64,000 bases of DNA from Candidatus Bathyarchaeota archaeon (GCA_963782525.1 CAWAKC010000002.1:32001-96000); one strand, 5' to 3'. Counted from the first letter of the stretch, positions 22,312 through 32,548 are shown. Numbers and translations: made by a program. The notes: a model not told the origin generated them from the sequence alone.

Positions 22312-22491
22312 TCAGTTTAAAGAAATTAGACATCGCCTTGGCTTCTTTGATTTAGCAGCTGCACGATATTTTCCACAATATTGATAGGGACCATAAATTC
22401 ATGTTGCACTTTTTTCTTGATGAAGGTTGCAGACATTCAGTTCAGGGCAACCCCCAAAAACATGACGAACCCTTTCCTTAAAAGCTCTCAT
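22312..22491 (-). pseudogene. Cys-motif microprotein interrupted by an in-frame TGA
   Basis: MRAFKERVRHVFGGCPELNVCNLHQEKSAT*IYGPYQYCGKYRAAAK; TGA at 22399-22401. Confidence 0.45.
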
Positions 22492-22843
22492 AACTTTATT
22501 TCCTACTTCTCAAACTCTGCGTTTGCATATTTTTAAAGCGTGTTTCGAATATTGGAATATGATAGGATAAAAAAAACTAGTATTCTGCAAGACTTCTTGA
22601 TGGTTAAAAGCTTCCCTGATTAGTTCACTATATTGTTGATAGTTACTTTCTGAGGGTATTTTCACTTTTTAAGATGGATTACCTGCTCACAATTGGTGAA
22701 TATGGATGTTGTCTCCTTTACGCACCAACATACTGTCTTATAGTTTCTTTTCTTAAGTAATTTGAAGTTGAGCTGGAGAGATAGTATGGTAAAATGTCCG
22801 CTATGTGATGAAGAAGTCGGAATATCTGTTAAGTCTCTAAAAA

Positions 22844-24823
22844 ATGCTCAATTCTATGGAGATGTTGTTTATGTTTTATACCCAGCATTGTGATTTTTAT
22901 TTTGCAATTCATGAAAATGGATTTAACGACGCGATAAACCTGGCAATGAAATTCTTGCCATCCTTCTTCAACTACACAGACAAAACTAATTTCAATTCAA
23001 ATGTCGCCTGCGTTCCAATCAATCCAGACCCAAGCGTAACCGCACATGGCGATCCAATCGTATCGAAAATTTATCCTCCTAACGGTATTTATCAATCATT
23101 TCTTATACAATTCCCGCAGACACCTATCCCACTAACGCCGCTAACTATTCAATTACCACAAAATTCCCTCAATTATATTTTTCAACTAACAAAGCTACAA
23201 GTGGATTTTAGTCCTGGAAATGTTATTTCACTTCCAACAACAGTTCCACACCCGTTACCTGCTCAGAATCTTGCCATACATGCAGCTGTGGCTTTGGGGC
23301 TTTCTTGTCCTGATAACTCGGAGCTAATAAATTGCTTCTTGATAGACTTGTTTACTGAACTCTCACTCAAGAATTCTTCTTCGCCAAAGTTCCTTGATGT
23401 AAAAATGAAAGCTTTGGATATTCCCGAGTTAAAGCCAGACGGGCTGAGGAAGATTCTCGACTGTTATGCAATGTTTTTGACAAACGAAGTCTTTAGTTGG
23501 CTGAGCCTTCAGATAGATAACCTAGTTTCCAATCCGCTCCCCTTCACCCCCGGTGGCGTAATAAATAATATTCAAATCACTCCAGCTTCAATTCCAAACC
23601 AGAATAATCCGGCGCTTGAAAATGATCAGCTGAAATTATTTATGAATTTAACATCCCTAGACCTAAACTATGCTGGTGTATCTGTAGCCTCAAGTGGACC
23701 AAGCTCAAGCTTGTTACCCCCTGTCTCAAAGTCTCTACGCAGTAGACCAGGAAGCGGACCTAGTGACTTCACAATTGCAATATCCAGTGGAACGTTTAAC
23801 AAGATACTGGCTGACATCATAAGTGGATTAACGATTTTTGAAGTTCCAGCGCCATCTGGAGTTTACAACCCCGTACACCCATTCTCTAATCAACCCTGGG
23901 GTAAGTTTGATTCGCCCCCAATTCACATACAGTACAAAGTAGGAGTTCAACTTACCGGCGGAACAATAAGCCTGAAAGATCCCTTGGTTGGGCAGCCAAA
24001 CGGTTCGATTCAAGTTGATAACTTGCAGATGCTGTGGGACGAACTAAAGTTTCAGATTTCTATCGACTTGCCGCCATTTACCGTCGGAGGCATCCATACC
24101 GCTGCAGTGACTATCCCCAACCCATTTGGTGGCACCATAACTCTCATCCCTGCAATCGACTGGCCCGGACTGACGTTTCCAGGAGGGACCATTCAGATAC
24201 CACTAATAGATCTTAGCCCACTGAATTTAGTCAGCGAAGCCAGCTTCTCAGCGGAACCAGTTGTTTATTATGGTACGGGTAACCCATCAAATAATTTGTG
24301 CCCGAATAGATGGCAGTTCTACGTTGTACCTCAAGTTCCGATATTCGTCTGGCCAGTGTTCAGTTTCAATCTCACCAATGCAATTAAAGCAGGAATAAAC
24401 CAATATTTCAACGACTTACTCGGAAATAACCCGGGCCCAGTTGTGGATGCAATAAAAGCTGCTCTAACCGCTGTTCTAACAGGCGCATCTGCTTTTCTAT
24501 CGGATATCTTCACAGATATAGATTCGGTCACTCAAACTATCGCGGACATGATTCTCAACGACATCCCTGGAATTAAACAGGCTCTCGACAAGCTACTTCT
24601 CAACTATTTCACCAGCCAAGCACCGATACTCGAACTAACCGATCCATTGATAGGACCAAGCCCCACATCGCAGAATTGGGGATCAAGCCCGCTTGCTTCA
24701 ATTAACCTACCCGTCAGTGGCAGCATCGGTCCAGCGAAAATTATCCTCCCAATCCCGATCCCATATCTTGGAGTAACCGTTAATTCAAAAGAAATGGTGC
24801 TTGAAGGAGATATAGGACAATGA
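22844..24823 (+). CDS. Uncharacterised 659-aa Pro-rich two-part protein
   Basis: Long ORF with no recognised catalytic motif; start uncertain (upstream ATG ~22786 is in another frame). Confidence 0.75.
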   Translation: MLNSMEMLFMFYTQHCDFYFAIHENGFNDAINLAMKFLPSFFNYTDKTNFNSNVACVPINPDPSVTAHGDPIVSKIYPPNGIYQSFLIQFPQTPIPLTPLTIQLPQNSLNYIFQLTKLQVDFSPGNVISLPTTVPHPLPAQNLAIHAAVALGLSCPDNSELINCFLIDLFTELSLKNSSSPKFLDVKMKALDIPELKPDGLRKILDCYAMFLTNEVFSWLSLQIDNLVSNPLPFTPGGVINNIQITPASIPNQNNPALENDQLKLFMNLTSLDLNYAGVSVASSGPSSSLLPPVSKSLRSRPGSGPSDFTIAISSGTFNKILADIISGLTIFEVPAPSGVYNPVHPFSNQPWGKFDSPPIHIQYKVGVQLTGGTISLKDPLVGQPNGSIQVDNLQMLWDELKFQISIDLPPFTVGGIHTAAVTIPNPFGGTITLIPAIDWPGLTFPGGTIQIPLIDLSPLNLVSEASFSAEPVVYYGTGNPSNNLCPNRWQFYVVPQVPIFVWPVFSFNLTNAIKAGINQYFNDLLGNNPGPVVDAIKAALTAVLTGASAFLSDIFTDIDSVTQTIADMILNDIPGIKQALDKLLLNYFTSQAPILELTDPLIGPSPTSQNWGSSPLASINLPVSGSIGPAKIILPIPIPYLGVTVNSKEMVLEGDIGQ

Positions 24824-24963
24824 TCGCTCTGGCAGCTTCTCCTATTTCTATTTATGCGCTTTTACCAATGATACTACTGAAAAATAACAGCTTCGATTTT
24901 TTCTATCGATGTTTTGGAGCTAAGAATAAATCGGTAAAAAAAAACTAATTACAGGCGTTTTTT

Positions 24964-25527
24964 ATGTCTAAAGAAAATAAAACAGTTAAAGACCATGAAA
25001 TTTTGAAGAAGAGCGAAGTACCCATTAGCAAGAAAGAAACAAAATTATCCATAAAACCCTCAAAAAAACAAGCAACCACAACACAAGTTCAGCCACAAGA
25101 CCTCTGGCAAGCTTTTGACGATACCTTTGCACGCTTCAGAACCGACTTTGAAGACCTCCTTTTTCCAGCTAATTGGCCTGAAGCATTCTCGTTTGTCCCA
25201 GAAATCAGAGTTCCGACAGTAGATCTAAAAGACGGAGAAAAAGAGTACAACTTAAAAGCAGAGATGCCTGGATTTAAGAAACAAGATATCGAAATTGAAG
25301 TACAAGCTGATGCAATAGCGATAACGGGAACTGCAGGCTGGAAATACGCTGAGAAAGGTCAACTATACATATGCAAAGAACGCGCATGCAAGACATTCTA
25401 CAGAAGAATCGAGCTGGCTGAAGAAATAAAGGTCGAAGAAGTCAACGCCAACTTGTCAGACGGTGTACTAGAGATAACTCTTCCTAAAAAAACAATAAAA
25501 GAAAAACGAAAGGTAACTGTAAAATAA
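24964..25527 (+). CDS. Hsp20/alpha-crystallin small heat-shock protein
   Basis: VDLKD...AEMPGFKKQDIEI...ANLSDGVLEITLPK. Confidence 0.92.
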   Translation: MSKENKTVKDHEILKKSEVPISKKETKLSIKPSKKQATTTQVQPQDLWQAFDDTFARFRTDFEDLLFPANWPEAFSFVPEIRVPTVDLKDGEKEYNLKAEMPGFKKQDIEIEVQADAIAITGTAGWKYAEKGQLYICKERACKTFYRRIELAEEIKVEEVNANLSDGVLEITLPKKTIKEKRKVTVK

Positions 25528-25597
25528 ACTTGCAAATTCAGTATTCAATAACAGTTGCAAATGATTGGTCTTTTTTCTTTTTAATGAAACAATTTTG

Positions 25598-25690
25598 AGA
25601 GAAGAAGTGGCAATTCAGCAGTCTTCTTCTACTCGTTAGTGATTATTCGCAGCTGGACTTTTGGTTTAAGTTGAAAGAAGAAAAAAATTT
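25598..25690. repeat. Partial second copy of the AGAAGAAG...CTTCTTCT/GTTGAAAGAAG element
   Basis: agaagaagtggcaattcagcagtcttcttctactc...taagttgaaagaag aligns by eye with 18023-18110. Confidence 0.6.
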
Positions 25691-25998
25691 AATTTTTCCC
25701 TAATAGCAATTTTTCTTATTGTAGGCTTGTACGATTTAGTCAAAACCTGTAATAATCGAGATGCTTTCATCGCAAAGATGTTTAAAACCTTTACAAGCTC
25801 CAAATAAATACGTCGTTTTCAGAGCTCTTTTACCAATCCAATTATTCAAGCCAATACCTGATAGTTCGCCTTTTAAAATCTACTAATCAGTTTTAGGTTT
25901 TTCTGAAGCGCTTGGTTGGTTGCTTGTTGTAGTGGCGAGACTACAGCATGATCTTATATCGTCAATCATCACTCTTAATATATTGGTGAATTGACCTT

Positions 25999-26334
25999 TT
26001 GGAGAAGATAAATTTGAACAAAAAAATTTTTCATGGAGCCATTCTTGAAAGCATACTGCTCAACCTAATAAACGAAACCTCGGACCAAGGTTTACATGGT
26101 TATGCAATCTTAAAGATGATGCAAAAAAAGTATGGAGTTAATTTGGGTTCTTCTGCAATATATCCTGAACTTGGGTGTCTAGAAAGAAGGGGACTTGTAG
26201 CTTCAAGCTGGGTGTTTTCGTTTGAAAAAGCCCAGAAGAAATATCGAATAACACGGAAAGGCCAGACTCTTTTGAAGGAATATTTTGTGGAGTTAAGAGC
26301 AGTTATTCCAGTTTTGGTTACGTGTAAAGTGTAG
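25999..26334 (+). CDS. PadR family transcriptional regulator
   Basis: LHGYAI...SAIYPEL..LERRGLV...KKYRITRKG. Confidence 0.9.
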   Translation: MEKINLNKKIFHGAILESILLNLINETSDQGLHGYAILKMMQKKYGVNLGSSAIYPELGCLERRGLVASSWVFSFEKAQKKYRITRKGQTLLKEYFVELRAVIPVLVTCKV

Positions 26335-26623
26335 GTGAATAGAAACAATTTTGGCAAAAACAGTTTACAAAAGAAAGATAAGTCATCCTCCGCTAAAACG
26401 TCTTGATTGATTGCCAGAAGCATTTTTTAATATTGTTAACCCAAAAATCGAGAAAGGCTACATAATGATTCACGTTTTATCATTTATCACAAAGATTATG
26501 CGTTTGAGCAAAGAAACTAATTGGCTTTCGACAGTTGCACGGATTTTTTGTAATAATACTTGAAATAAATAAAACTTATATAGTAATAGTTAAGTAATCA
26601 GATTGCAGTAGTGGGTCCTCTCT

Positions 26624-26851
26624 ATGGTAAAAACTACCGGCAGAAAAAAGCGTAGTAAACTCACAGTCGCAATACTTTCCCCAATTCTCTTAATTGTTTT
26701 CATAGTAGGTTGGGTGCTTTTCATAACGGGGCAATCAAGACATCAAAAGGTGAAACAAACACAAAAACCAATCAAAAGTACATCCGTTTCTCAAGACAAT
26801 GTTGAGTTAATTGTGATTCCCACCGAAGAAGAAATCCAGATCCAGGAATAA
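26624..26851 (+). CDS. Small single-pass membrane protein
   Basis: Basic N-terminus and hydrophobic ILSPILLIVFIVGWVLF. Confidence 0.65.
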   Translation: MVKTTGRKKRSKLTVAILSPILLIVFIVGWVLFITGQSRHQKVKQTQKPIKSTSVSQDNVELIVIPTEEEIQIQE

Positions 26852-27132
26852 TAGGAACTTCATCTACAAATAATTAGAATTCGAATCCAGACCGTACAAA
26901 AACTAAAACTAATAAGCGACTAATTCTTATTCGCATAAAATGATCTTGATACATGGGACAATTAATTAAGGCAAAAGGCAAGATTAGCGCTGGCACTATT
27001 AGCTCCCTTTTCTAAAGCTAAAGTAGCTAGCTCTTTAGCTAACCTCCATCTGAGGAAACCGAATTGGGGCGCAACCAAGCTTACTTTAGAAAATGTTGTC
27101 ACACATTAAGGCAACAAAATTGAGCACATTGG

Positions 27133-27273
27133 CTAAAGCTTGCTGTGCCAAGTGATCCTGATTTTTTTTATTTGATTGTTCTTTCTTTTGTCTGTCCATG
27201 ACGAAAGGCATAATCCAACTAGAAAGATGGGCCCAAGAAGAGGTAACATGACAAATTTGATTATTCCGTTCAT
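27133..27273 (-). CDS. Small single-pass membrane protein, possible paralog of 26624-26851
   Basis: MNGIIKFVMLPLLGPIFLVGLCLSSWTDKRK; GGGGGA upstream. Confidence 0.45.
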   Translation of the reverse strand: MNGIIKFVMLPLLGPIFLVGLCLSSWTDKRKNNQIKKIRITWHSKL

Positions 27274-28016
27274 TTTCAAAGCGTCCATTCCCCCAGTAGC
27301 GATTATTATCAAACTTAAGATAAAACTTTTTGCAAAGCCCGCTTCGCTAATTTGTCAAGTCTTGCACAATATCCATTAAAAGCAATCAGATCATAGATCA
27401 ATCCTAAAAAAGTGAAAATTTTCAAATTAAGTATTTTTCAACTGAAAATTTGTCTTAAAAACTTTGGATTTTTAAATTAATCAAATAAATGAGGCGAATA
27501 GTTGTTGAACTTAATCGCGAAAATTGAACGGGGGCTTTCAGTTGTCGTAATCGCGCCCTCGCTTGAGCTCGAAAACAAAGAACGAGCTGGAAGGCTCGAA
27601 GAAATGAAAATTATCAAAAAAACAAAAGTTACAATTTGACTTTTGACTCATTATGTTTTTGTAATATGGATGTATATAGTATCTTAGCTCTCGTTTCTTA
27701 AAGTACGAGCGGATGAAAGAAATGACAATCATGTACTTTTAGAAAACATATAATCAAAAATAAAGGTGTTGAACCATTTGACCCAAAAAACTACAGATGG
27801 AATTCGAAAACTATTATCTGAGCTAATATAGATTTCGAATATGCAGAAAATCAAGAATTGAATGATTCCCTTCCAAAAATACTTCAAACCTGCCCCTTTA
27901 CATAAGATGTGTGCACAAAATTAAGATGCCTCGAATGCACAAACTTTAGTTAAATAAGTAGATTTTGATCTGAAAAAAAATCAAAGAAGGATGCTAAACT
28001 TTCTTTGATTTCGCTG

Positions 28017-28559
28017 TTATTGTTCTATAGTGGTTATAGCGGTTTCGAAGCTAAAGTTAGTTATGTCGACTATTGTGGGTTCCACTTTTAGTGTTAATTC
28101 TATTGGAATTACCTCACCTGTTCTGAGAATTTGTCCAGCATAATTCCAGTTTAGAGAAATGTATCTCGACGTAGCAGATGGAGTCCACGTTAATGTGTTC
28201 AACTCTAACGTAACAGCTGAATTACATTCGTCCCTGACATAAACTGTCAAATTATTGCTTGAACTTAAATCTATTAGTCCCCAATTGAACGAAAGAGTTC
28301 TGTTTGTACAGGTTTGATCCCAGTAAACTCCGGCGCCTATTGCAATTACAGAATTTGCTTGGACAATACTTCTGTTTGAACCGAAGCCAGTGATGGCTGC
28401 ACCGAGAACTATGATAATTAAAAGGCATAATGCGGCCAGTAAAGTTTTTTTGTTAAAATTGTTACTGCGTGGTATAGTGAACTTAACTTTCGGCTTTACC
28501 AATTGTGTTCTAATTTTGTTTTGTGATTCGTTAAGGTTTTTTCCTGTCACTCTAAACAA
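28017..28559 (-). CDS. Membrane-anchored extracellular hypothetical protein
   Basis: TM helix followed by a beta-rich domain (GVYWDQTCTN...NWG...LNWNY). Confidence 0.75.
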   Translation of the reverse strand: MFRVTGKNLNESQNKIRTQLVKPKVKFTIPRSNNFNKKTLLAALCLLIIIVLGAAITGFGSNRSIVQANSVIAIGAGVYWDQTCTNRTLSFNWGLIDLSSSNNLTVYVRDECNSAVTLELNTLTWTPSATSRYISLNWNYAGQILRTGEVIPIELTLKVEPTIVDITNFSFETAITTIEQ

Positions 28560-28843
28560 CTTCTATATTATGTCTTAATACATTGTATTGAATTGTGGCA
28601 ATAAATAATGATGTGACTGCTAGGATGCAATCACAAATACGTTTCCAACAAACTCGACGATTTAAGCGATCAGGCGTCTTCATCCAACTGAGTCCAGTCC
28701 ACTTTTCCAATAATCGCCTTTCGCCGAGAATGATCTTCTGATTTTTTCTGCAATCCAAGAAGTATGAATTAATTTTTCCTTTTCATGTGTCTAAGAACTA
28801 TTTGTCTTGTAAACTAAAAATCTCCGAAGATTGTCAAGGTTGA

Positions 28844-29158
28844 TTACTTTGGCTGCTTTATCTTGCTGGCTACAATTAGTACCTGCTCTGTCAAGTAAGT
28901 TTCCAACAAGGCCAGTCTATCTGGATCATCATTACCCTGCTTGTGCTCGGCAATATGATTCTGTATGGCCTTGTTCATGGCTTTTAAATCAGGCACAACT
29001 AAGATTTCACATCCGCAATAACATCGAATGGTGCACGTGTCCATTTTGTGAGAAACGAATATACTTTTGTTGTCCTTATCGGAAGTTACGTAAACTTTTT
29101 GGATGCTTTTTTTGTAATGCTCGCTCACTTTACACTTGCCTTCTCTTGATTTAGACAA
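28844..29158 (-). CDS. CxC/HxxxH zinc-finger small protein (copy 2)
   Basis: IRCYCGCEILVVPDLKAMNKAIQNHIAEH...LTEQVL. Confidence 0.8.
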   Translation of the reverse strand: MSKSREGKCKVSEHYKKSIQKVYVTSDKDNKSIFVSHKMDTCTIRCYCGCEILVVPDLKAMNKAIQNHIAEHKQGNDDPDRLALLETYLTEQVLIVASKIKQPK

Positions 29159-29447
29159 TCCGCAGACGGTTGGTTCATTTTCTCCGATATAAAACTTTTT
29201 GACGGGCTTTACAAAATCCAGATGGCAAATAGTTCTTAAAAGGAGTTAAAGTTGTCTTATTCCATTCAGGCACATAATTCTGGCATCTCATTGTCCTGTC
29301 CGACTTTAATATTCCCAGAAAGAGAATGCATCCGCAATAGAATCATTCCCAATTTGCGGTCGTAGGCACTGTGCTGCCATCAAAATTTTTATATTATTAG
29401 TAGAATTAGATTCATTTTTTAACATTAATATTTTATTTGTTAATAAA

Positions 29448-29461
29448 AAGCAAAATTGCTT
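29448..29461. promoter_or_regulatory. Candidate operator palindrome AAGCA-AAAT-TGCTT
   Basis: Perfect inverted repeat upstream of a TTTATAA TATA-like element (~29489) of the wHTH gene. Confidence 0.5.
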
Positions 29462-29531
29462 GAATTGAACAACAGTAAAATAGCAATGTTTATAACATTC
29501 TGTCTTATAACATGCGGATATATATGATTGT

Positions 29532-29882
29532 ATGAGGGGAAGGGAATCAAGTTTGAGACGATCAAAACTAGAAATGTACATTGATATCCTCAACGTTTTG
29601 GGTCATCGAGGACCATTAAAGTTGACCCATATCATGTATAAAGCCAACATAAACTGTAGCGTACTCAATGAATACATAGACTTCCTGATCAAACAAGACC
29701 TAATCCAAAAACGAACGATCCAAAAAGAACGCATAGTTTTTGAAATCACCCAACGCGGTATAAAAGTATTGAAGTACTTCCGAGAACTAGAACAAGCGCT
29801 GCCTATATCGGAAGAAACTCGAAAACAAACAACACCATTGCTCACCCAACGGACGAATCGCACTTCAAAGTTTTCGATCTAA
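29532..29882 (+). CDS. Small winged-helix regulator (RRSKLE family)
   Basis: LRRSKLEMYIDILNVLGHRGPLKLTHIMYKANINCSVLNEY; likely TTG start at 29553. Confidence 0.88.
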   Translation: MRGRESSLRRSKLEMYIDILNVLGHRGPLKLTHIMYKANINCSVLNEYIDFLIKQDLIQKRTIQKERIVFEITQRGIKVLKYFRELEQALPISEETRKQTTPLLTQRTNRTSKFSI

Positions 29883-30113
29883 TAAGCAAAAACCAAATTC
29901 TTTCTCGAATCGAGCCATACAATCAAGCCAAATATTTTTTATTTCATATTTCAACATTTTCCAATAGTGAGAAAAACCCCGACAACCTTTTACTCTGGAA
30001 GGGCCAGATTTTGAAGGGTTTCATAGTTCTTTAAACGATGTAAATTGTTCTTCCAGTCACTTCATTTTTTGGAAGGAGGTCTAAAAAGAGGTTAACACTC
30101 AAGTAGCATTTTT

Positions 30114-31086
30114 TTAGCGCATTAGTAGTTCTTTGCCTTTATCAAAAACATATGCGAATTCTGCATATATCCTGAGGTAATACGCCCAATATCCTTTCCA
30201 TTTACCCTTTCCATTTACCGTATTTCTCAGCAATCTTTCAGACCTCTTCGTTAAATATTATTTCCTCTTTTCCATCATAAATTCTGCCGACATCTAAAGC
30301 AAGCTGCGGTTCTATGTTTGACGGTTTCTCCATTCTTCCAAGTCCTCGTATCATTACAAAGTTGGCAGACCAATCTCCAATACCTTTGATATCCATTAAC
30401 CAATCATGAACCTCATCATAAGGTGCTGTTCTAAGCCATTGTTCATCAACCTTAGAGAATGCTTCGGCTACAGCTAATAAGTACTCTTCTTTTCTCTTAT
30501 TTGGCACAAGCTTTGGCAGCTCGGTGGATGCAGCCAACAGATTAGACGGTTCAGGAAACGAATGATAATCAACTCCCTCGACTTTAATTTGACTACCAAG
30601 TCTCTTCATAATGTTGTCTTTCATTCTGTGAGCGATTTTCATTGGTATTCTCTGGGCTAGAATTGCCCAGCAAGCAATCTCAAAGGGCGTTAGGAACTTT
30701 ACTTGTTTGTGGCCATAGAATTGTTTTATTGCGGGCTGTATGCGCTCGTCTTTTTGCGCTATTTCATAAAACTCTTTTAGGTTGTCCTGAAGGCTTAGAA
30801 AGAAACTTATCCTGTCAACAATCAACTTTTGGGTTTCATCTGCGAACTTTGATTCTGAATATGCCGTAAATTCTAACATTGGTTTTTCAATGGTTCCTTT
30901 ATCGGCGACCTTGAATGCTATTGTTTTGCCCTTTACTTGGACAGCTTTTGTCAAGATGCCGGTTTTTACGACTTGTTCATCTTTCATTGGACTAAAATCA
31001 GATAGGAATTCGAGCGATTTGGAAAAATTAAAAGGCGCAACAGGCTTCAAGGTACTTTCAAAAGAATAAAGACTCAAAAAACACAA
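30114..31086 (-). pseudogene. alkA: AlkA-like DNA-3-methyladenine glycosylase, C-terminus disrupted
   Basis: PFEIACWAILAQ and HhH motif IKGIGDWSA; TGA at 30238 followed in frame by KIAEKYGKWK, then a 13-bp duplication, then GYWAYYLR. Confidence 0.75.
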
Positions 31087-31399
31087 TAAAATTATTGTGT
31101 AGGAACAGCTATTTTAAGAATCGTTAATTTGGTAACTTAACATGCATTTTTTCAATTTATCCTAATAGTTTTGGTAGCTTCAGCTAACTTTTTTTAAATG
31201 CAAAGAGGTCTTCAAGCCCTTTAATTAGACATGTTTAAGACGGAAAAAGTAAGAAGGAAGTCGAAATATTTCAGTTAAAGTCCACGTGATTCTTAATCAC
31301 TTGTTTTTAGGCTCAGATAAGTTGGTATCAAAAGAATTAATTCAGATTTAATTTGCGATCTTTAGCTTTAATTTGCTTAGAATCTTTTGTGCACCATTT

Positions 31400-31672
31400 T
31401 TACCCAAGTCACAATTTATAGCTGAGAAATCTGCAATGTTTTGAAGTTCTCGAAACTTCCTTAAGTACTCTACATTTGAATTTTTATGTGCTTCGAAGGT
31501 ATATTCGACGAGGTTTCTATCAGTTTAGTGTATTCCAACTCGGCTAAATATGAAACAAGCATTTGCGGCTTAGATTAAACTTCTCATTATTGCTCAACTG
31601 ACATCCGAGGTTTTTGGTACTGTTCCAGAATTCATTTATTATACGCAAATGTTCCCGATTTTTCTTTCCGCC
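31400..31672 (-). pseudogene. Decayed winged-helix gene directly downstream of zinc-finger copy 3
   Basis: Fragments in shifting frames: KKNREHLRIINE, KFNLSRK, LVSYLAELEYTKLIE, VEYLRKFRELQ. Confidence 0.5.
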
Positions 31673-31693
31673 AATGACAGACAATTTTAAACC

Positions 31694-31990
31694 TCAAAAA
31701 GTTGCTGCTTTGTCCAGTGCTTGCACAATCAAAAGATTCTGTATTCGTGCTTCTTCAAAAGCAGCTTTCGCAATATCTTTTTCTTTTTTCGCATGTTCAG
31801 CAGCGTGAACTTCAATAGCTTTGCCCATAGCTTTTAAATCGGGAACTAATAGAATTACAAACCCACATTCACAAATAATGAATGAACTAGCTTTCGTCTT
31901 TCTTTGTTTTTTCTTTGTCGACAAAGTTTCATCAACCGATTTGCTCAGATTGATACTTGTACAGAAAATGCTTAAGAGGGATGTTCCCAA
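31694..31990 (-). CDS. CxC/HxxxH zinc-finger small protein (copy 3)
   Basis: IICECGFVILLVPDLKAMGKAIEVHAAEH; true start probably downstream of the called one. Confidence 0.8.
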   Translation of the reverse strand: MGTSLLSIFCTSINLSKSVDETLSTKKKQRKTKASSFIICECGFVILLVPDLKAMGKAIEVHAAEHAKKEKDIAKAAFEEARIQNLLIVQALDKAATF

Positions 31991-32144
31991 AGCAAGAATA
32001 TTTCGGAAAAAATCTTGTGCTTTTTTTAAAAGAAACTTAATTTTTCTTAATCTTTAAAAAAACAGAATGTATCGATTTAGTTTGATTTTCTATTACTAAA
32101 TTAAATCTGGTTAATTATGTTATTAATCTAAAACTATGAAAAGC

Positions 32145-32292
32145 TCAGCATGATGCTTTGAATTGATTGCCACATTTGGGGCATTGAAAGTTCCTCCGCA
32201 AAATATGGAGTTTTCTATTTTTTTCTATGGTATGTTGAGTTTTTTCCGCAAACGGGGCAGTCAACTGCTATGAGTGTGCTTTTGAAATCCAT
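32145..32292 (-). pseudogene. CPxCG zinc-ribbon microprotein, frameshifted
   Basis: MDFKSTLIAVDCPVCGK ... QCPKCGNQFKASC with the frame broken in A-runs. Confidence 0.5.
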
Positions 32293-32548
32293 CAACTATT
32301 GCTCAATAATTCGAGTTTATAGACTGAAAATACGATAAAAAGATGTGTTGTCTTAGTTTTGTTATCACAATTTAGCCATGGGCTTTTACAGCTTTACGTC
32401 ATGATAAAGTGTCGCCAATGTGGATTTGATTCTGTTAATAAGGTTTAAAGCGGAATGAAGCTGTTCATTTTTGTGGTTGTGATTGTATGATGACTATCAC
32501 TACATTTTATATGTGATGCAGTCGAAAATAACAACGTTATCTTAAGAT

